A DNA stretch of 64,000 nt from Sphaerodactylus townsendi. Lineage: Eukaryota. Where the stretch lies: NCBI RefSeq assembly GCF_021028975.2, contig NC_059425.1, positions 27,404,001 to 27,468,000 on the forward strand, read 5' to 3'. Both the position numbers and the translations under genes were made by a program. The notes under the pieces are model-generated. The model made no database searches. It had not been told where the DNA came from and saw only the letters and a program-made list of their open reading frames with translations. Below are positions 50,401 through 62,742 of the stretch, in pieces; position 1 is the stretch's first letter; every line of letters starts with the position of its first letter.

Positions 50401-53400
50401 TCTGGAAGTCTCAACAAAGACAGCAGCCCTGTTGGCAGAGAAATGCAAGGGTGGAAAGGATGACATTGGACTGGCTCGACGCCCACTGTGTCTACAGCAG
50501 ATTTACTGCTGGAAAGGCCATTACAGTGGCTGTACTCATGCGGCGGGATACTGCCAGGAGTAGCCCGTAGTCCTGCCATGAGTATCCCCTCGCTTCCCAA
50601 CCGTGGGCATGATTGAAGGTGCATGATGCGCCTGGCTGGTGTTCAATGAATGCCTGGAGAATAGACTGCTTGGGAAGCCCCTTGTGTGTAAACCACCAGG
50701 GTTCCATAAAGGGGGATCAGTATAATATGAAAAAATGTACACTGAGACAGCTGGAAACACAGACATAGAACTGTATTGTCGAAGGCTTTCACATCCGGAT
50801 TCAACTGGTTGTGGTGGGTTTTCCGGGTTGTGTGGCTGTGGTCTGGTAGATCTTGTTCCTAATGTTTCGCCTGCATCTGTGGCTGGCAGACTTCCTTCTG
50901 TGATACACCTCTGAAGATGCCGGCCACAGATACAGGCAAAACATTGTATTATTAGTCCTATTGTATTATTATGTTATTGTTTATTTACTTTGTTGTGCAC
51001 AGCCCTGAGCCCTTCGCGGGGAGGGCGGTATATAAATTAAATATCTAATCTAATCTAACAAGATCTACCAGACCACGGCCACACAACACAGAAAACCCAC
51101 CAGAACCAGATATAGAAATGGTCTGGGTTTTTTTTTTTAAATAAAAGCTGCAGAACCTTTTGTGTAACCATTTTCCAGCCAAGCTGGGAAGGCAAAATTG
51201 TCCACACTTAGCATTCAGTTTACAGGGAATTAAGGAGAGAAAATCCCACACTCAAATTTTAAAATCTTAAGCACGGGAGCAAATGCTGTCAGATCAACTA
51301 AATCTTCAAATGGATGGGGAACTGGTGAATGTGTGGCTTCACCGAGAGTAATGCTGGCAATTAGTTTTCCATCTCCCACCGCACTCCTCAGTCAGAAAAA
51401 TTGCCCTGGTCCATCTTGAGTTATGTTCTTAAAACATTTTGGTGTACATTTTGTACCAAAACGAGAACAGACTTGATGTGCCTCCCACTGAAAGTGGCAT
51501 CATGTGGATGGACATCATCCACTGTCAGATGTGTTCTAATGGTTTCCATCTTTTTCATTTGTTTGCAAATCCATCATTATGTGGATGCAGACTGCTCAAG
51601 GGAAGATTGGGGAGGAGTAGACTGCCGACATGGGGTTCACTGTGTCAACCAAGATCAAGGGAGTCTAGAAGCTCAGATGTGTACTCATGGTTTGTGTCTC
51701 TCCCCTGCTTCTATTCCTAGATCCATAATTATGTGGGTCCAGGCAAGGTCCGCATCTCCCTGGTGACCAAGGAATCCCCCCACCGGCCCCACCCCCATGA
51801 CCTGGTGGGAAAAGACTGCAAAGACGGCTTCTATGAGGCAGAGCTGGCAGCAGAGCGCTCCATCCACAGGTTGGCAGATGCAAGCAGAGAGTCAAGACTC
51901 TGGCTTCAGTTCCTTTGGTTGTGTAGCTACAGCTTAGGGCTAGAGCAGCTGCTTGGTGTGCAGAAGGTTCCAAGTTCAGTCACCAGCATCTCCAGTTAAA
52001 AAGGACCAGGCAATAGGTGATGTGATGTCCTAGAGAGCTGCTGCCAATCAGAGTAGACAGTACTGACTTCAATAGACCAATGGTCTAACTCGGTATATGG
52101 CAACTTCAGGTGATTGTTCTTGAAGGATGGAGCAAGGGTGGCATAGTCTACAGAGCTTATCAGACTAGGAAGATATTTGTTTCAAATAGCCAAATTCTTG
52201 GATTTGAGCTAGTCACACACTCTTGACGTGTGTGACTAGCTCTTTTCTACCGACGTGTGTGACTATACTCTTTTCTACCAAAAGATCTAAGTAGAATTGT
52301 AACTTCATCCGCCGCTTGCTGGGCTGTCTTTGTTTTAGAACCAGGGGTCTGCAATTGGCCATGCTGGCAGGGGCTGATGGGATTTGTAGTCCATTAACAT
52401 CTGGCGAGCCACAGGTTGCAGACCCCTGTTTTAGAATGCTCCACTTGGGTCCTAGTGTTGGTAGGCTAAAACAAAGACGGTCCAGCATGCGATGGATGAA
52501 GTTACAATTCTACTTAGATCTTTTAGTGGGAAAGCGTAGAAGAGTTTGGATTTATACCCCCCTTTCTCCCCTGTAAGAAGACTCTAGGCAGCTACAAACT
52601 CCTTTGCCTTCCTCTCCTCTCAGCAGGCACTTTGTGAGGCAGGTGGGGCTGAGAGAGTTATGCAAGGTCACCCAGCAGGCCCAGAGTCACCCAGCAGGAA
52701 CGTAGGAGTGGGGAAACAAATCTAGTTCACCAGATAAGAGTTCACTGCTCATGTGGAGGAGTGGGGAATCAAACCCGGTTCTCCAGATTAGAGTCCACCT
52801 ACTCTTAACCACTGCACCACACTGGCTCTACCTCATATAGTTGTGAAGATAATATGGAGAGAGACCCACATATACTGAGGTGAATTCTTTAAGGGAAAGG
52901 AGGGAAAGAAATGTAGGAGATAAATAGGAAGGTGAGCTGGATTCCCTGTGAGAGGGGATCCACTTGGGAGGCATTTAGGGGTGGCTGCTTCTCTGTGGCT
53001 TTTTCTCTGCCATCTTCTGCCTTCTGCCCTCCTGTTCTCCACCCCCTCCTTCCCACCCTCTTCCTCTTCTGTACCTCCTTTTTAAAAAAAATTCCACACT
53101 CTTGTCTTCTATTCCCTAACTGCAACTACTCATGTGCTCTTTCTAGCTTCCAAAACCTGGGGATTCAGTGCGTGCGGAAACGGGACCTGGACAAAGCTGT
53201 GGCCAAACGGATTGAAACCAGTAACAACCCTTTCAATGGTGAGCGGGTAGGAGAAGCAGAGCAGGGCATCTCCCAGCGGCAGAGGGTGGGGTGTCTGAGT
53301 TGAGAGCGTCTTCCCAGGTCTACTGAGCTGATTTCACTTTCTCTTTTCTTCTCTGCCAGTGCCTCTGGAAGAACTGAAAGGTGACTACGACCTGAATGCT

Positions 53401-56400
53401 GTTCGGCTGTGTTTCCAGGTGTGGATTCGAGATGCAGCCAGCGGTCACTTGGTCCAGTTGCCCTTGTCTGTGTCGCAGCCAATCTATGATAATCGTGAGT
53501 GTCAGTTTGGGATTGGGGTGTGTGTGTGTGTGTGTGTGTGTATGTCCCATTCATCAGCAAAAAGCACCCAAAAATGCAGAGCACCCCCGTTATTAAAAGT
53601 TAGGGTAAAAGTGTGCCAGCCCTTTTTTCTTGCACCAAATCCAGCTTTTATCCCCCTTCTTGTGGAACTTTGTTGTTACAGGTTATTAGTCTATAAGGAG
53701 GGTTTAAATATCCCAGTCTCTCTCTTGCAGAGCCTCCAGTAGACTCAGTAATAATCAAGGATGTGTTAGATTATCCCTTCAGTTTAACGTCTCTGCCTTT
53801 TTTCCCAGTGACACCAACATGAGACTTAAACCGAGTAAACTTCTTGTCGCATGAATCCAGCCTGTGTGCGTATTATTTTTTTTCAATTTGGTGGTGACTA
53901 ATGCAGGTCTTTACTTGACGTCCTTCTCCAGGTGCCCCCAACACAGCTGAGCTAAAGATCTGCCGTGTGAACCGTAATTCAGGGAGCTGCCTGGGGGGAG
54001 ACGAGATTTTTCTTCTCTGCGACAAAGTGCAGAAAGGTACGCTTGCAATATCTGAGGTCTTGAGGATTGCCCTTCCTGTCTCTTATGTCTGGAAATCCCT
54101 CCTAGAACACCCATAGCGAACCATCTCTGACTCTTTTCTATGAGATACATACCTAACCCCTTTGTCTTCTTCACCCCCATCTTAATGGATCACAACTAAG
54201 GGTCATTGTTTTGGTTAAGCTTATCCTTTGTTCCTTCTCCCACCAATATCTAGGCTGTAGACTTCCAAGGGGAAAGTTTGGTCCACCAATCGGGGCTGAG
54301 TTAACTTACCTATCAACAAAAGCCATGCAGTAATTCTTATTAGGATCACTAAAGTAAACTAGCACGCAGGCTTGCCCCAAAGATCTCTTGTGTTTGCCAG
54401 CATTTTTGTTTACTTTTAGAGATGAACACTATCTAGGAGCCATCGTGTTGTAGTGGTTAAGAGCAGGTGCACTCTAATATGGAGATCCGGGTTTGATTCC
54501 TTGCTCTGCCCCTTGAGCTGTGGAGGCTTATCTGGAGAACCAGATTAGCTTGTGCACTCCAACTCATGCCAGCTGGGTGACCTTGGGCTAGTCACAGTTC
54601 TTCAGAGTCTCTCAGCCCCACCCACCTCACAGGGTGTTTGTTGTGGGGATGGGGAAGGGAAAGGAGATTGTAAGACCCTTTGCAGGAGAGAAGGGGGAGA
54701 TATAAATCTCCTTGCAGGAGAGAAGGGGGAAATATAAATCCAAACTCTTCTTCTATTTGGCCTGTTTCCTTCAAAATATTTGGTGATCAGTCCCAGTTTG
54801 AAAACAGAAGGGAATTTCTTGTGGCAAGGCAGTGGACTAGCTGTTGCTATTTCTCGGTTTTGTGACCCATGAGTATGTAACACCTGTCTCCCACTCCCAT
54901 TTCAGAGGACATTGAAGTCCGCTTTTTCAAGGGCTCCTGGGAAGCAAAGGGCTCCTTCTCTCAAGCTGACGTGCACCGCCAAGTAGCCATCGTCTTCAAG
55001 ACTCCCCCTTACATGGACCATTCTCTCCGTGAACCCGTGACCGTTCAGATGCAGCTGCGCCGCCCGTCGGACAAGGAAGTCAGTGGCCCCATGGAGTTCC
55101 GCTACCTCCCTGATGAAGGTATTTGGCCCCTGAGCCAGTAGAAGTAGAGCTTCCTGGGTACATTTGTCCTTTCATTTTTAAACAAGGGCAGTTAAGGGAT
55201 TTGGGGGGTGGGGACGTGATTACTCCCTTCAAGTATTTGAAAGGCTGTCACTTAGAGGTGGGCAGGGGGCTGTTCCTGTTGGCAGCATGAGATCGGACTT
55301 GCAATAACAGGTAAAAATGACAGGTGGAAAGGCACTGACTAAATATTAGGGGGAAAAATTATAGTAAGAGTAGTTCAGCAATGGGATCAGCTGCCTAGGG
55401 TGGTGGTGAGCTGCCCTTCACTGCCAGTCTTCAAGCAGCAGTCGGACAAACACTGTCAGGGATGCTTTGGGCTGATTCTATGCTGAGCAGGGGGCTGGAC
55501 CAGATGACCTGTATGGCCCCATCCCATTCTGTGATTCGACTTCTGAAGCTGGGATAGGGTCAAGTGTTTCACTGCAGACACAATTCCACTTCTGTAGGGA
55601 CACTTTTCTTTGGGGCATTATCCATCTGTTTCAGGTTAAGAAGAAGAGCATTCGCTGTTTGAAACCTCTTTATCCAATGAGTTGGGCAAGAGGAACCAAA
55701 TTCTTCCCTTTGGTAGGGACTAGCTGCTACCAGAGGCAGGATTCTGACCCTTTTTCTTTTCAATGCTAAAACTCCAGACCTGGAATATGCAGCATACTGA
55801 GAAAGCTTCTGAACATGTACACTGTGCTTGGCATTACTACTAACAAGCAATCCCCCAGATATATCAGGTTTAATAACATAAAATAATTAAAAGTGCCTAA
55901 ACAAGATGCAAGTAACCGTGTTATTCTAGTAAGAAAGAAATCCACAAGAATCCTTTCCAAACAAAGATCAGCAAAGGCTGTCCCTTTCACTATATTTATT
56001 TTAATATTTCCGTACAGAAAGTAACTATCGAATCTTTTTTTAAAAATGGGACAAAAAGCAGCAGAACTTTTTATGGGCTACACATGTGAAGGATTAGCCT
56101 GGCAGACTCAGCTGCTGTTATTTTAGAAATTAATCATGTTATTTTCGAAATTAATGGCCGTGGACACTCCTGGCCCCTTCCAAAGCAGGTTGTTGCCTTT
56201 CTTGGTAGGTGATTTCCATCGCATTGAGGAGAAACGCAAACGAACGCTGGGGACCTTCAAGAACTTTGTGCAGAAGGCACCCTTTCCAGGTAGGGAGGGA
56301 TATTGTGTGGGGAGGGAAAAACAGAAGCTGTGTGAAAATGATGAAGTGGGTAGAACTGGAAGCAAGGAGGGTTGTCTGGAAGGAGCTGCAGAAGGGGAGG

Positions 56401-57454
56401 GGGGGGGGGTTACCATGGAGTCCCCTAAAGTGCAGCAAGTGACATATGGGTGGTGAACTTCCATGTTCCTAAACAAACTATATTTGTTTAGCCGTAAGCT
56501 ATTCAGAATGACAAACAAAGCAAAGTGGTTGCTTTCTGTTCCACCCATTTCTTCCCTTTCTCTTTGCTAGTCACCCTTCCGGATTCCCGCCTCCCACGCC
56601 GCATCGCTGTTCCGAAGCATGGTTCGGCCCGGCCCAGCACTGGAGGTAAGAAGCCCCTTGATTTCATCCCTTCAAAACATTCCATCAGACTTGACCTCTT
56701 GCTTAACTAGTGGAGAATTGATCTGCTTGGAAAACTTGTGCTGCTACATGCCTGTCTAACTGTGCTTCCCTTTCCCTTCCATTGGAAGCATAGCACAGAA
56801 GCCTGGCACCGTTAGGTGGCTCTCTTTCATTGGCTAATCTTTTTCCATCCTTCTGCAGGTGTTCCAGGGCTCTTGGGGGCTACAGGGCAACTCCCAGCAC
56901 CCATTGCAAAACCACAGATCATGACCCAGCCTTCCCCGAGCTTCTCCTTCCCTGGGCCCAGTCACACCCCTCCTCTGGCGACAGCCATGCAGCCTCTCTT
57001 CAGCACAGTAAACCTGGAAGATCTGTCAGGCCTGAGTGTGCCCCAGAGGGTCCAGCCCTACGAGTCAGAGGCGACGACCAGCATTGCAGATGCAATCCTG
57101 CACCTTCACTTCGAGGGAGGGGACGGGGGAGCCATGGAGCTCGGCGGCATCTTAGATGACGCCCCCTACACCAGCCTGGATGGGATCAACACGGAGGATT
57201 TCCATCAGCTCCTCACGGAGGGGAATATCCCTGCGTCTCTCCCAGACAACCAGGGCACTCTGCTCACCTATCCCGAGTCCATTACACGCCTGGTGAGCCA
57301 GCAGCGGGCAGAAGAGGAGGCTGGTGATGGCGGTGGAGGTGGCAGCTCCCCCAGCAGCCTTGTCAATGGCATTTTGGGGACCCTTCCAGGCGAGAACAGC
57401 TTTTCTTCCATGGTGGACCTGGACTTGAACTCTATCCTGAACCAGCTGAATTAA
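29413..57454 (+). CDS. RELA: NF-kB p65 (RelA), join(29413..29419,41397..41438,47921..48072,51721..51869,53147..53238,53360..53494,53932..54036,54906..55118,56209..56289,56571..56645,56859..57454), 548 aa (564 aa from the upstream in-frame ATG 29365)
   Basis: 11 exons; Rel homology domain ([56 protein letters not shown]), NLS KRKR, RRIAVP, TA2 ([16 protein letters not shown]), TA1 (FSSMVDLDL); exon 2 [11 protein letters not shown] resembles the avian RelA N-terminus; canonical splice sites and phases. Confidence 0.95.
30245..30392. mobile_element. 148-bp palindromic hAT MITE
   Basis: Almost identical to 24056-24203; TSD TTCTAGTC. Confidence 0.9.
30629..30814. mobile_element. SPIN-like (URR1-type) hAT MITE
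   Basis: CAGTGGTTCTCAACCTGTGGGTCG…AGGTTGAGAACCACTG; TSD ATATATAC. Confidence 0.9.
32122..32263. repeat. Near-perfect inverted repeat (69-bp arms, 4-nt loop) in RELA intron 1
   Basis: Arms differ at 5 positions; loop TTTA. Confidence 0.9.
35044..35292. mobile_element. Non-autonomous hAT element
   Basis: CAGGGGTCTGCAACC/GGTTGCCGACCCCTG; TSD CTCTAGAG. Confidence 0.85.
36376..36690 (+). mobile_element. Squam3-like SINE
   Basis: tRNA-like head and (CTT)-type tail. Confidence 0.75.
37480..38275 (-). mobile_element. Degenerate L1/Tx1-like LINE 3' fragment
   Basis: Very AT-rich; reverse-strand remnant of the ORF2 C-terminal C..V..FW..I motif near 38230-38265, then a T-rich 3' UTR. Confidence 0.5.
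38797..39090 (+). mobile_element. Squam3-like SINE
   Basis: Family match; CTTCTTCTT tail. Confidence 0.75.
40436..40570. mobile_element. Palindromic hAT MITE (older relative of the 148-bp family)
   Basis: GGGGTCTCCAACCTATGGC/GCCATAGGTTGGAGACCCCTG. Confidence 0.75.
41536..41685. mobile_element. hAT MITE (same TIR family as 9271-9657)
   Basis: CAGAGGCGTAGC/GCTATGCCTCTG; TSD GCTATCGC/GCTGTCGC. Confidence 0.8.
42491..42621. mobile_element. Palindromic hAT MITE inserted into a 5S-derived SINE
   Basis: CAGGGGTGTCCAACTCTGG/CCAGAGTTGGACTCCCCTG; TSD CCCTGAGA. Confidence 0.85.
43124..43483. mobile_element. hAT (Blackjack-like) non-autonomous element with internal GC-rich direct and inverted subrepeats
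   Basis: TAGGCTGACCAGA/TCTGGTCACCTTA; TSD GATAAATA. Confidence 0.8.
44175..44480 (-). mobile_element. Squam3-like SINE
   Basis: Family match. Confidence 0.8.
44740..44996. mobile_element. Tc1/mariner-type MITE
   Basis: TIRs CCCTGTTTCCCCGAAAATAAGAC/GTCTTACTTTCGGGGAAACACGG with internal AAAATAAG repeats; flanks are AA rather than TA. Confidence 0.7.
45140..45650 (-). mobile_element. Degenerate Penelope-like reverse transcriptase fragment
   Basis: LYTNIPHND and [19 protein letters not shown] motifs, broken by frameshifts. Confidence 0.7.
46289..46583. promoter_or_regulatory. Cluster of NF-kB binding sites in RELA intron 2
   Basis: GGGAATTCCC 46289-46298 and GGGAAATCCC 46574-46583, plus weaker sites nearby. 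Confidence 0.5.
48122..48545 (-). mobile_element. CR1 LINE 3' fragment
   Basis: (CATAGAAT) tail; RT C-terminus [29 protein letters not shown]. Confidence 0.9.
49335..49458 (+). mobile_element. Rex1-like LINE 3' end between (TTTTC)n and (ATTCT)n microsatellites
   Basis: CAAATTCCTTGTGTGTCCAATCACACTTGGCCAATAAAG followed by ATTCT repeats. Confidence 0.6.
50770..51110. mobile_element. Penelope-like element with inverted terminal repeats, interrupted by a short LINE/SINE tail (~50945-51055)
   Basis: 50805-50888 is the reverse complement of 50918-50945 plus 51057-51108; contains CTGAAGATGCC…GGC(G/A)AAAC. Confidence 0.7.
52270..52534. repeat. Fold-back element (~65-bp inverted arms) with a nested hAT MITE at 52342-52428
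   Basis: AAAAGATCTAAGTAGAATTGTAACTTCATCC / GGATGAAGTTACAATTCTACTTAGATCTTTT. Confidence 0.8.
52539..52826 (-). mobile_element. Squam3-like SINE
   Basis: Family match. Confidence 0.75.
53518..53541. repeat. (GT)n microsatellite
   Basis: About 12 GT units just after RELA exon 6. Confidence 0.9.
54438..54753 (+). mobile_element. Squam3-like SINE
   Basis: Family match; duplicated 3' segment TTGCAGGAGAGAAGGGG. Confidence 0.8.
55210..55537 (+). mobile_element. CR1 LINE 3' fragment
   Basis: TTCAAGTATTTGAAAGGCTGTCAC…ATTCTGTGATTC end. Confidence 0.75.
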
Positions 57455-59580
57455 TAATACGTGTCTCCCTGGACTTGGGCTCAAATGCCAACTATCTTCT
57501 GCCTGTGCCTGAATGTGCATTTTGTACTTACATCTGGTGGCTTTTTCTAGCCAGACTTCTGGATGAGGCCACCTTCAACTTGGTTAGCGATCTGTCTTTT
57601 TGGAACTAGGACAGGTTCTACTTAATCTAACCTAGCCTACACCATTTTGGGGGAGCAGATGGCCTGGATTTGGTAGGGGCAGATTCGGTTCCAGATGTTG
57701 GGAATGGTATGGCTGGTTGCTTGGGGTAGTTGGCTGTTGTTACCCCCACTCAGCTCACATCAATTCCAGATGTGTGTGTTAATATTTTTTTGCAGGGGGA
57801 GGGAAAAGGGGATTGCACCCTATCCCGCTTCATGCTCAGATGGGTATTTTTATATCAGCTGGCTAGTGTTACTAATTCCTTACCTTTTGATAGATTTCAG
57901 GTCACAACAAGCAGCTTCTCAGTAAATGCAACTGTTAGTATCTATCACATGGTTCTTTCTCTGAACAGGAGGAGAAAGAATGTATCTGTGATGAGACAGT
58001 TACGTGGAAGACCTAATTCTTACCTGCCTTATTTGAAAATGATTTGCTAAACAATTTTTTTTTAAGCCGGAATGCCTTAAAAATATTGTACCAGCTTTTT
58101 GGAGAATGGGAGATTACTCATTACAAAAAAACTCCACCCATACGCCTTCCAAACTCCAGAGTTCTTCACCTCTATCTTGGGTCTTTCTAAAACCACTTTT
58201 GAACAGAAGCAGAAAATGGGGACATGCTTGGAGTCACTCACTCCAGAGAAGGAAGCAAAAGATCTTGCAGCATGAGGTAATTGGAACTGGGGTACATAGG
58301 GGCTCTCTAGGGGAGGTCTTGGCCTTTGAAGGGGGTGGGGGAGGGAAGAGAAACAACTATATGGGACTTTTAGCCTCCTGAGTGGGTTCTTAAACCAGTA
58401 TAACCAGCAACTTGGCTGCTGTACATGGAAGAAGGACCAGTTCTTCTCTCTATTTCCTGCTGCTTGTGGTGCCCAGGGCTGCTGAGAGTCATGTAGACAG
58501 AGCTTCCCACTCAATCATAAGAATGCACATGACTCCACTTGCAAAGCTTTGTAGATGATAAAGATGGGCTGAAAGTTTTAGATCTTTGCCTTTCTCACAA
58601 GGGAGAGAACTGCCCTTCTTGAAGCTGACTGCTGAGGATGCTGCCCAAAAGGCTCTTCATGGTCTCTGAAAGGGGAAGAGGTGGGACCTGGGCCCAGTTT
58701 TGGAGCAGAGGTGTCAGTTTCCTTCAGTTACCTTACGCAGTAGCTCACTCAGGAGTGGTGGAAGCCTCCAGGTGTGCCATCATCCCATTCAACAGAAAGT
58801 CTGAAAAAAGATGGTTCCTCCTCATCAAAGACTAGGGTCACACAAGAGGCGATGGTATAGGCTTCTCTCCCCCTCCCCGCACAAGTAAAACTGACTGAGC
58901 TAAGATCCTAGCTGACTTCTAGAAAGGGAAAGAAGCCCATCAACCTATAATGGACAAGTGCCTACACTCAAGGGGTTCCGGGCAGGAGTATGCAGGGGCC
59001 ATGTATTCCCATTTAGTCATCTGGTGATCTGAAAATCGCCCCCCAACACCCCTCCTCCCTCCCCCACCTTTGGAGAGGAACTCCAGCAGCCCCATGGCAG
59101 GGCTTTCCCACTCCCCCTCCACTGCAGAAGCCCCTCCCCCCCCCGGGTGGGCTCCAAGCCGCCAGCTCAGCCCCACTTGGAGGTGGGCAAGTGCAGGAGT
59201 CGCAGTTGGGCTGCCAACTAGCTCCTGCGGGGGAGAAATGCAAAAAGCCTGCCCCTCCCCCCACCTGCTTGTAGAGCGCTCGGCCAACAGACCATCAGAG
59301 GGGAGCTGCTGGAGGAGGGCCTGGCAGGTAGGAAGGATGCCCCTCCCCCCATGTGGGGCTTCCCTGTCACCTAGCCAAGAGAAGCCTGGGCGACCGCGCT
59401 GTGGAGGCGGAGGGTGGGGGGGACTCCCTTCTTGCCTCAGCACCATATTTGGTCGCTACACCACTGGGAGTATGGCTGGGCATTTAAGCTGGGTTGTTCC
59501 AGGAATGAGTAACTGTGTCTTCCCATCCAATTTATTTTTTGCCTTGTTTGTTTTATACTGTTTTGAGGGGATTGGGGGCT

Positions 59581-59930
59581 AAAACTGTTTGACCACTTAA
59601 GGGCTTTTATTATCAGAATTGCCTATTTTCTCTTTGTATCTGAATTGGGCGCACTCACCATTTCCTATATAGTAAGCTCCTAATAAACTGAAGAACATTC
59701 AACCAGGCTAGGGTTTATCTCATGGTTGGGACATTTGAGATTCTTCTGAATTAGGAGCGAAAAATGTTTGACCACTTAAGTGCTGTTATTATCAGAATTG
59801 CCTATTTTCTCTTTGTATCTGAACAGGGTGCACTCACCATTTTCTATATAGTAAGCTCCTAATAAATTGAAGAACATTGTACCAGGCTGAGGTTTATCTC
59901 ATGGCTGGGATGTTTGAGATTCTCTTGAAA
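59581..59930 (+). repeat. Tandem duplication (period 179 bp) containing two AATAAA signals (59682, 59861): probable RELA 3' end
   Basis: Two diverged copies of TGTTTGACCACTTAAG…TATCAGAATTGCCTATTTTCTCTTTGTATCTGAA…AGTAAGCTCCTAATAAA…TTTGAGATTC. Confidence 0.85.
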
Positions 59931-59977
59931 CAATCACTGTGAGCCCCCAGGGGATAGGGCGGTTTATAAATCGAAAC

Positions 59978-60032
59978 AATAAATAATAATAATAACAACA
60001 ACAACAACAACAACAACAACAATAATAATAAT
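59978..60032. repeat. Compound (AAT)n(AAC)n(AAT)n microsatellite, tail of a short LINE/SINE end
   Basis: Directly visible; preceded by GGGCGGTTTATAAAT. Confidence 0.9.
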
Positions 60033-61020
60033 ATTGTGGGGGGAGTGTTAAACCACAGCCTTGGAAGCTGCAAGGAAACACCTGTCATGCATTGGCCCCC
60101 AGACTGCAGGCAGTCTTTTCTCTCAAGCCAGTGTTGGTAAAGGCCTTTGGACACGTCCCCAAGAGTGCCAATGGGCCTTTAGCTGCTGGCAACTCATACA
60201 GAAAGCAAATGACTGCCCGTCTGTAGCCCAAGGGCTAAAAATGCTTTACCAACTTATAGTGCAGCTGTGCACGAGCTCTTCCTAGATGTTTTCTGCAGCA
60301 CAAATAGCTTGATTTCTGTGTTCCACCTCAATCATTCAAGGTTGCCTACGCAGCATTTCTGTAATCATCTTCCCAAGTTGTCAGGAGAGGAGATAGTTGT
60401 AAAAACCTTTTCCCCACAAGTCTCCTTAAGCTGCAGGATGCCCCAACAGGCACACTCCTAAGCTACTGTGGAGCTGCTCCTATTAGCAGAAATCTGGCTG
60501 TCTATGGGACTCCACTCCCGTAGAATCCTAGGCCACATACAGTCCTGACTCTTTCTGCCAGAACACAAGATGATGCAAGCACAGCCAAACTGTAAGCTTG
60601 TGCCTAACTGTGCCCTACATCGGCCAAAACTACTCCTTTTCCAGCCCATTTCAGGAGCAAGTGACCTCAGCCGAAGCAGAGCTAGCAAAACTTGTGCAGT
60701 GCACTGAGACATGGCATCTGCTATGTGAGAGAGGCAGATCCCAGTTACTAGGGGTGGAGAAATCAGCAACGATACTTTCTAATCACACTGAGCCTGGGTG
60801 GTCAAAAAACCACAACTGTATATTTAAGCATTGCTAGAAAGTTTCAGACACATTTCCTGAGCTAATAGATTCTGGAGCAATTGCTGCCTACTGGAAAAGG
60901 AGAGGAATTTATTCCTGGCTGAAAGTGGAAGCTGTGCTCCACCCCAGAGTTCCTGTATTACTTCACACCACCATCACTCGACTCACACATACGCACAGAG
61001 CCAGAAGAGAAAAATGTGGT

Positions 61021-61026
61021 TTTATT
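61021..61026 (-). terminator. Probable poly(A) signal of C11orf68 (second candidate at 60908-60913)
   Basis: TTTATT on +, ~970 nt after the stop. Confidence 0.45.
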
Positions 61027-61992
61027 TTCAACCCATTTTACAAGTGAATGCCTCAGTGAGCCAAATGTATCTGCCACGTCTTCAACAGGACACATGCAAG
61101 AGAGCCACTTCCTCTTTGACCAAATGAGTCTTTCACTTAACAGTGAGTCTCCAAACGTGTTTAGCAACCCCCAATTGTAGGAGACGCTAGCACTCCCAAC
61201 AATCTGCGTGCATGCAGGAGGTAGGAAGAAGTCTGCCTTTAGCTTCTCCCCCAAATTTAAACACCATTCCATTAGGAAGAGATGCCCTAGATAGAGACTG
61301 AAGCTGGAAAACTGAAGACATCGTTTTCCAACCATTCTGTAAACAGATCGCTGTCTCCCACATCGAGTGCAAACACCTTCTGTTCAACCAGCCTATCATA
61401 TGCATTTTCAAGTTTCATGGAATATGTTGTGATTCTGCTGCAAGAAAAGCGCCATGAAGGTAGAGCACTCGGACACTGCTACATCATCATCCAAAGTCGA
61501 ACACATGACTTACTGTGTTGCCACTTTTTGGCCCCCAAAGCAATCTGTCTGCTGATCCACCACAGGGGAGGGCTGCAGCCATGAGAGGCTTAGCACCAAA
61601 GGAAGCGCAGGAGCCTGGAGTTCTGCCCCTGAGGCTTTATGGCAGGATACACACAGGCAGAAGTGCAAAAATGCACATTAGCAGATACTTAGAAACAGAA
61701 GAGGACAGCAAGCGCTGGCTACAAGTTCACTTTTAAGAGACAAATGAAATGTCTTTTCTGTGGCACCTTAAACATAGTTCCTTCAGCGCACTGGCTAAAA
61801 AGAGCAAATGCATGGGTGGCACATACGGCACCCATTCTGTCTGTAAAGGCTGCACTGGTCTCCTCCCAGCCACTGCTTGGAAGGAACCTGGTCTCTAGGT
61901 TTGTTTTTTTTAAGTGAGCACTGCATGCTGGGACTTGTAGTTCCTGGTAATAGCACCATCCCACTGGAAGTGCTGCACATCAAGGGGGTGAG

Positions 61993-62742
<750 letters not shown>

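Noticed and set aside
50150-50730. Possible decayed LINE ORF fragment on the minus strand
   Set aside because: No motif I could assign to a family with confidence
58940-59582. 168-170-aa ORFs in a GC-rich patch downstream of RELA
   Set aside because: Low-complexity Gly/Pro translations within the probable RELA 3' UTR; no homology or splice support
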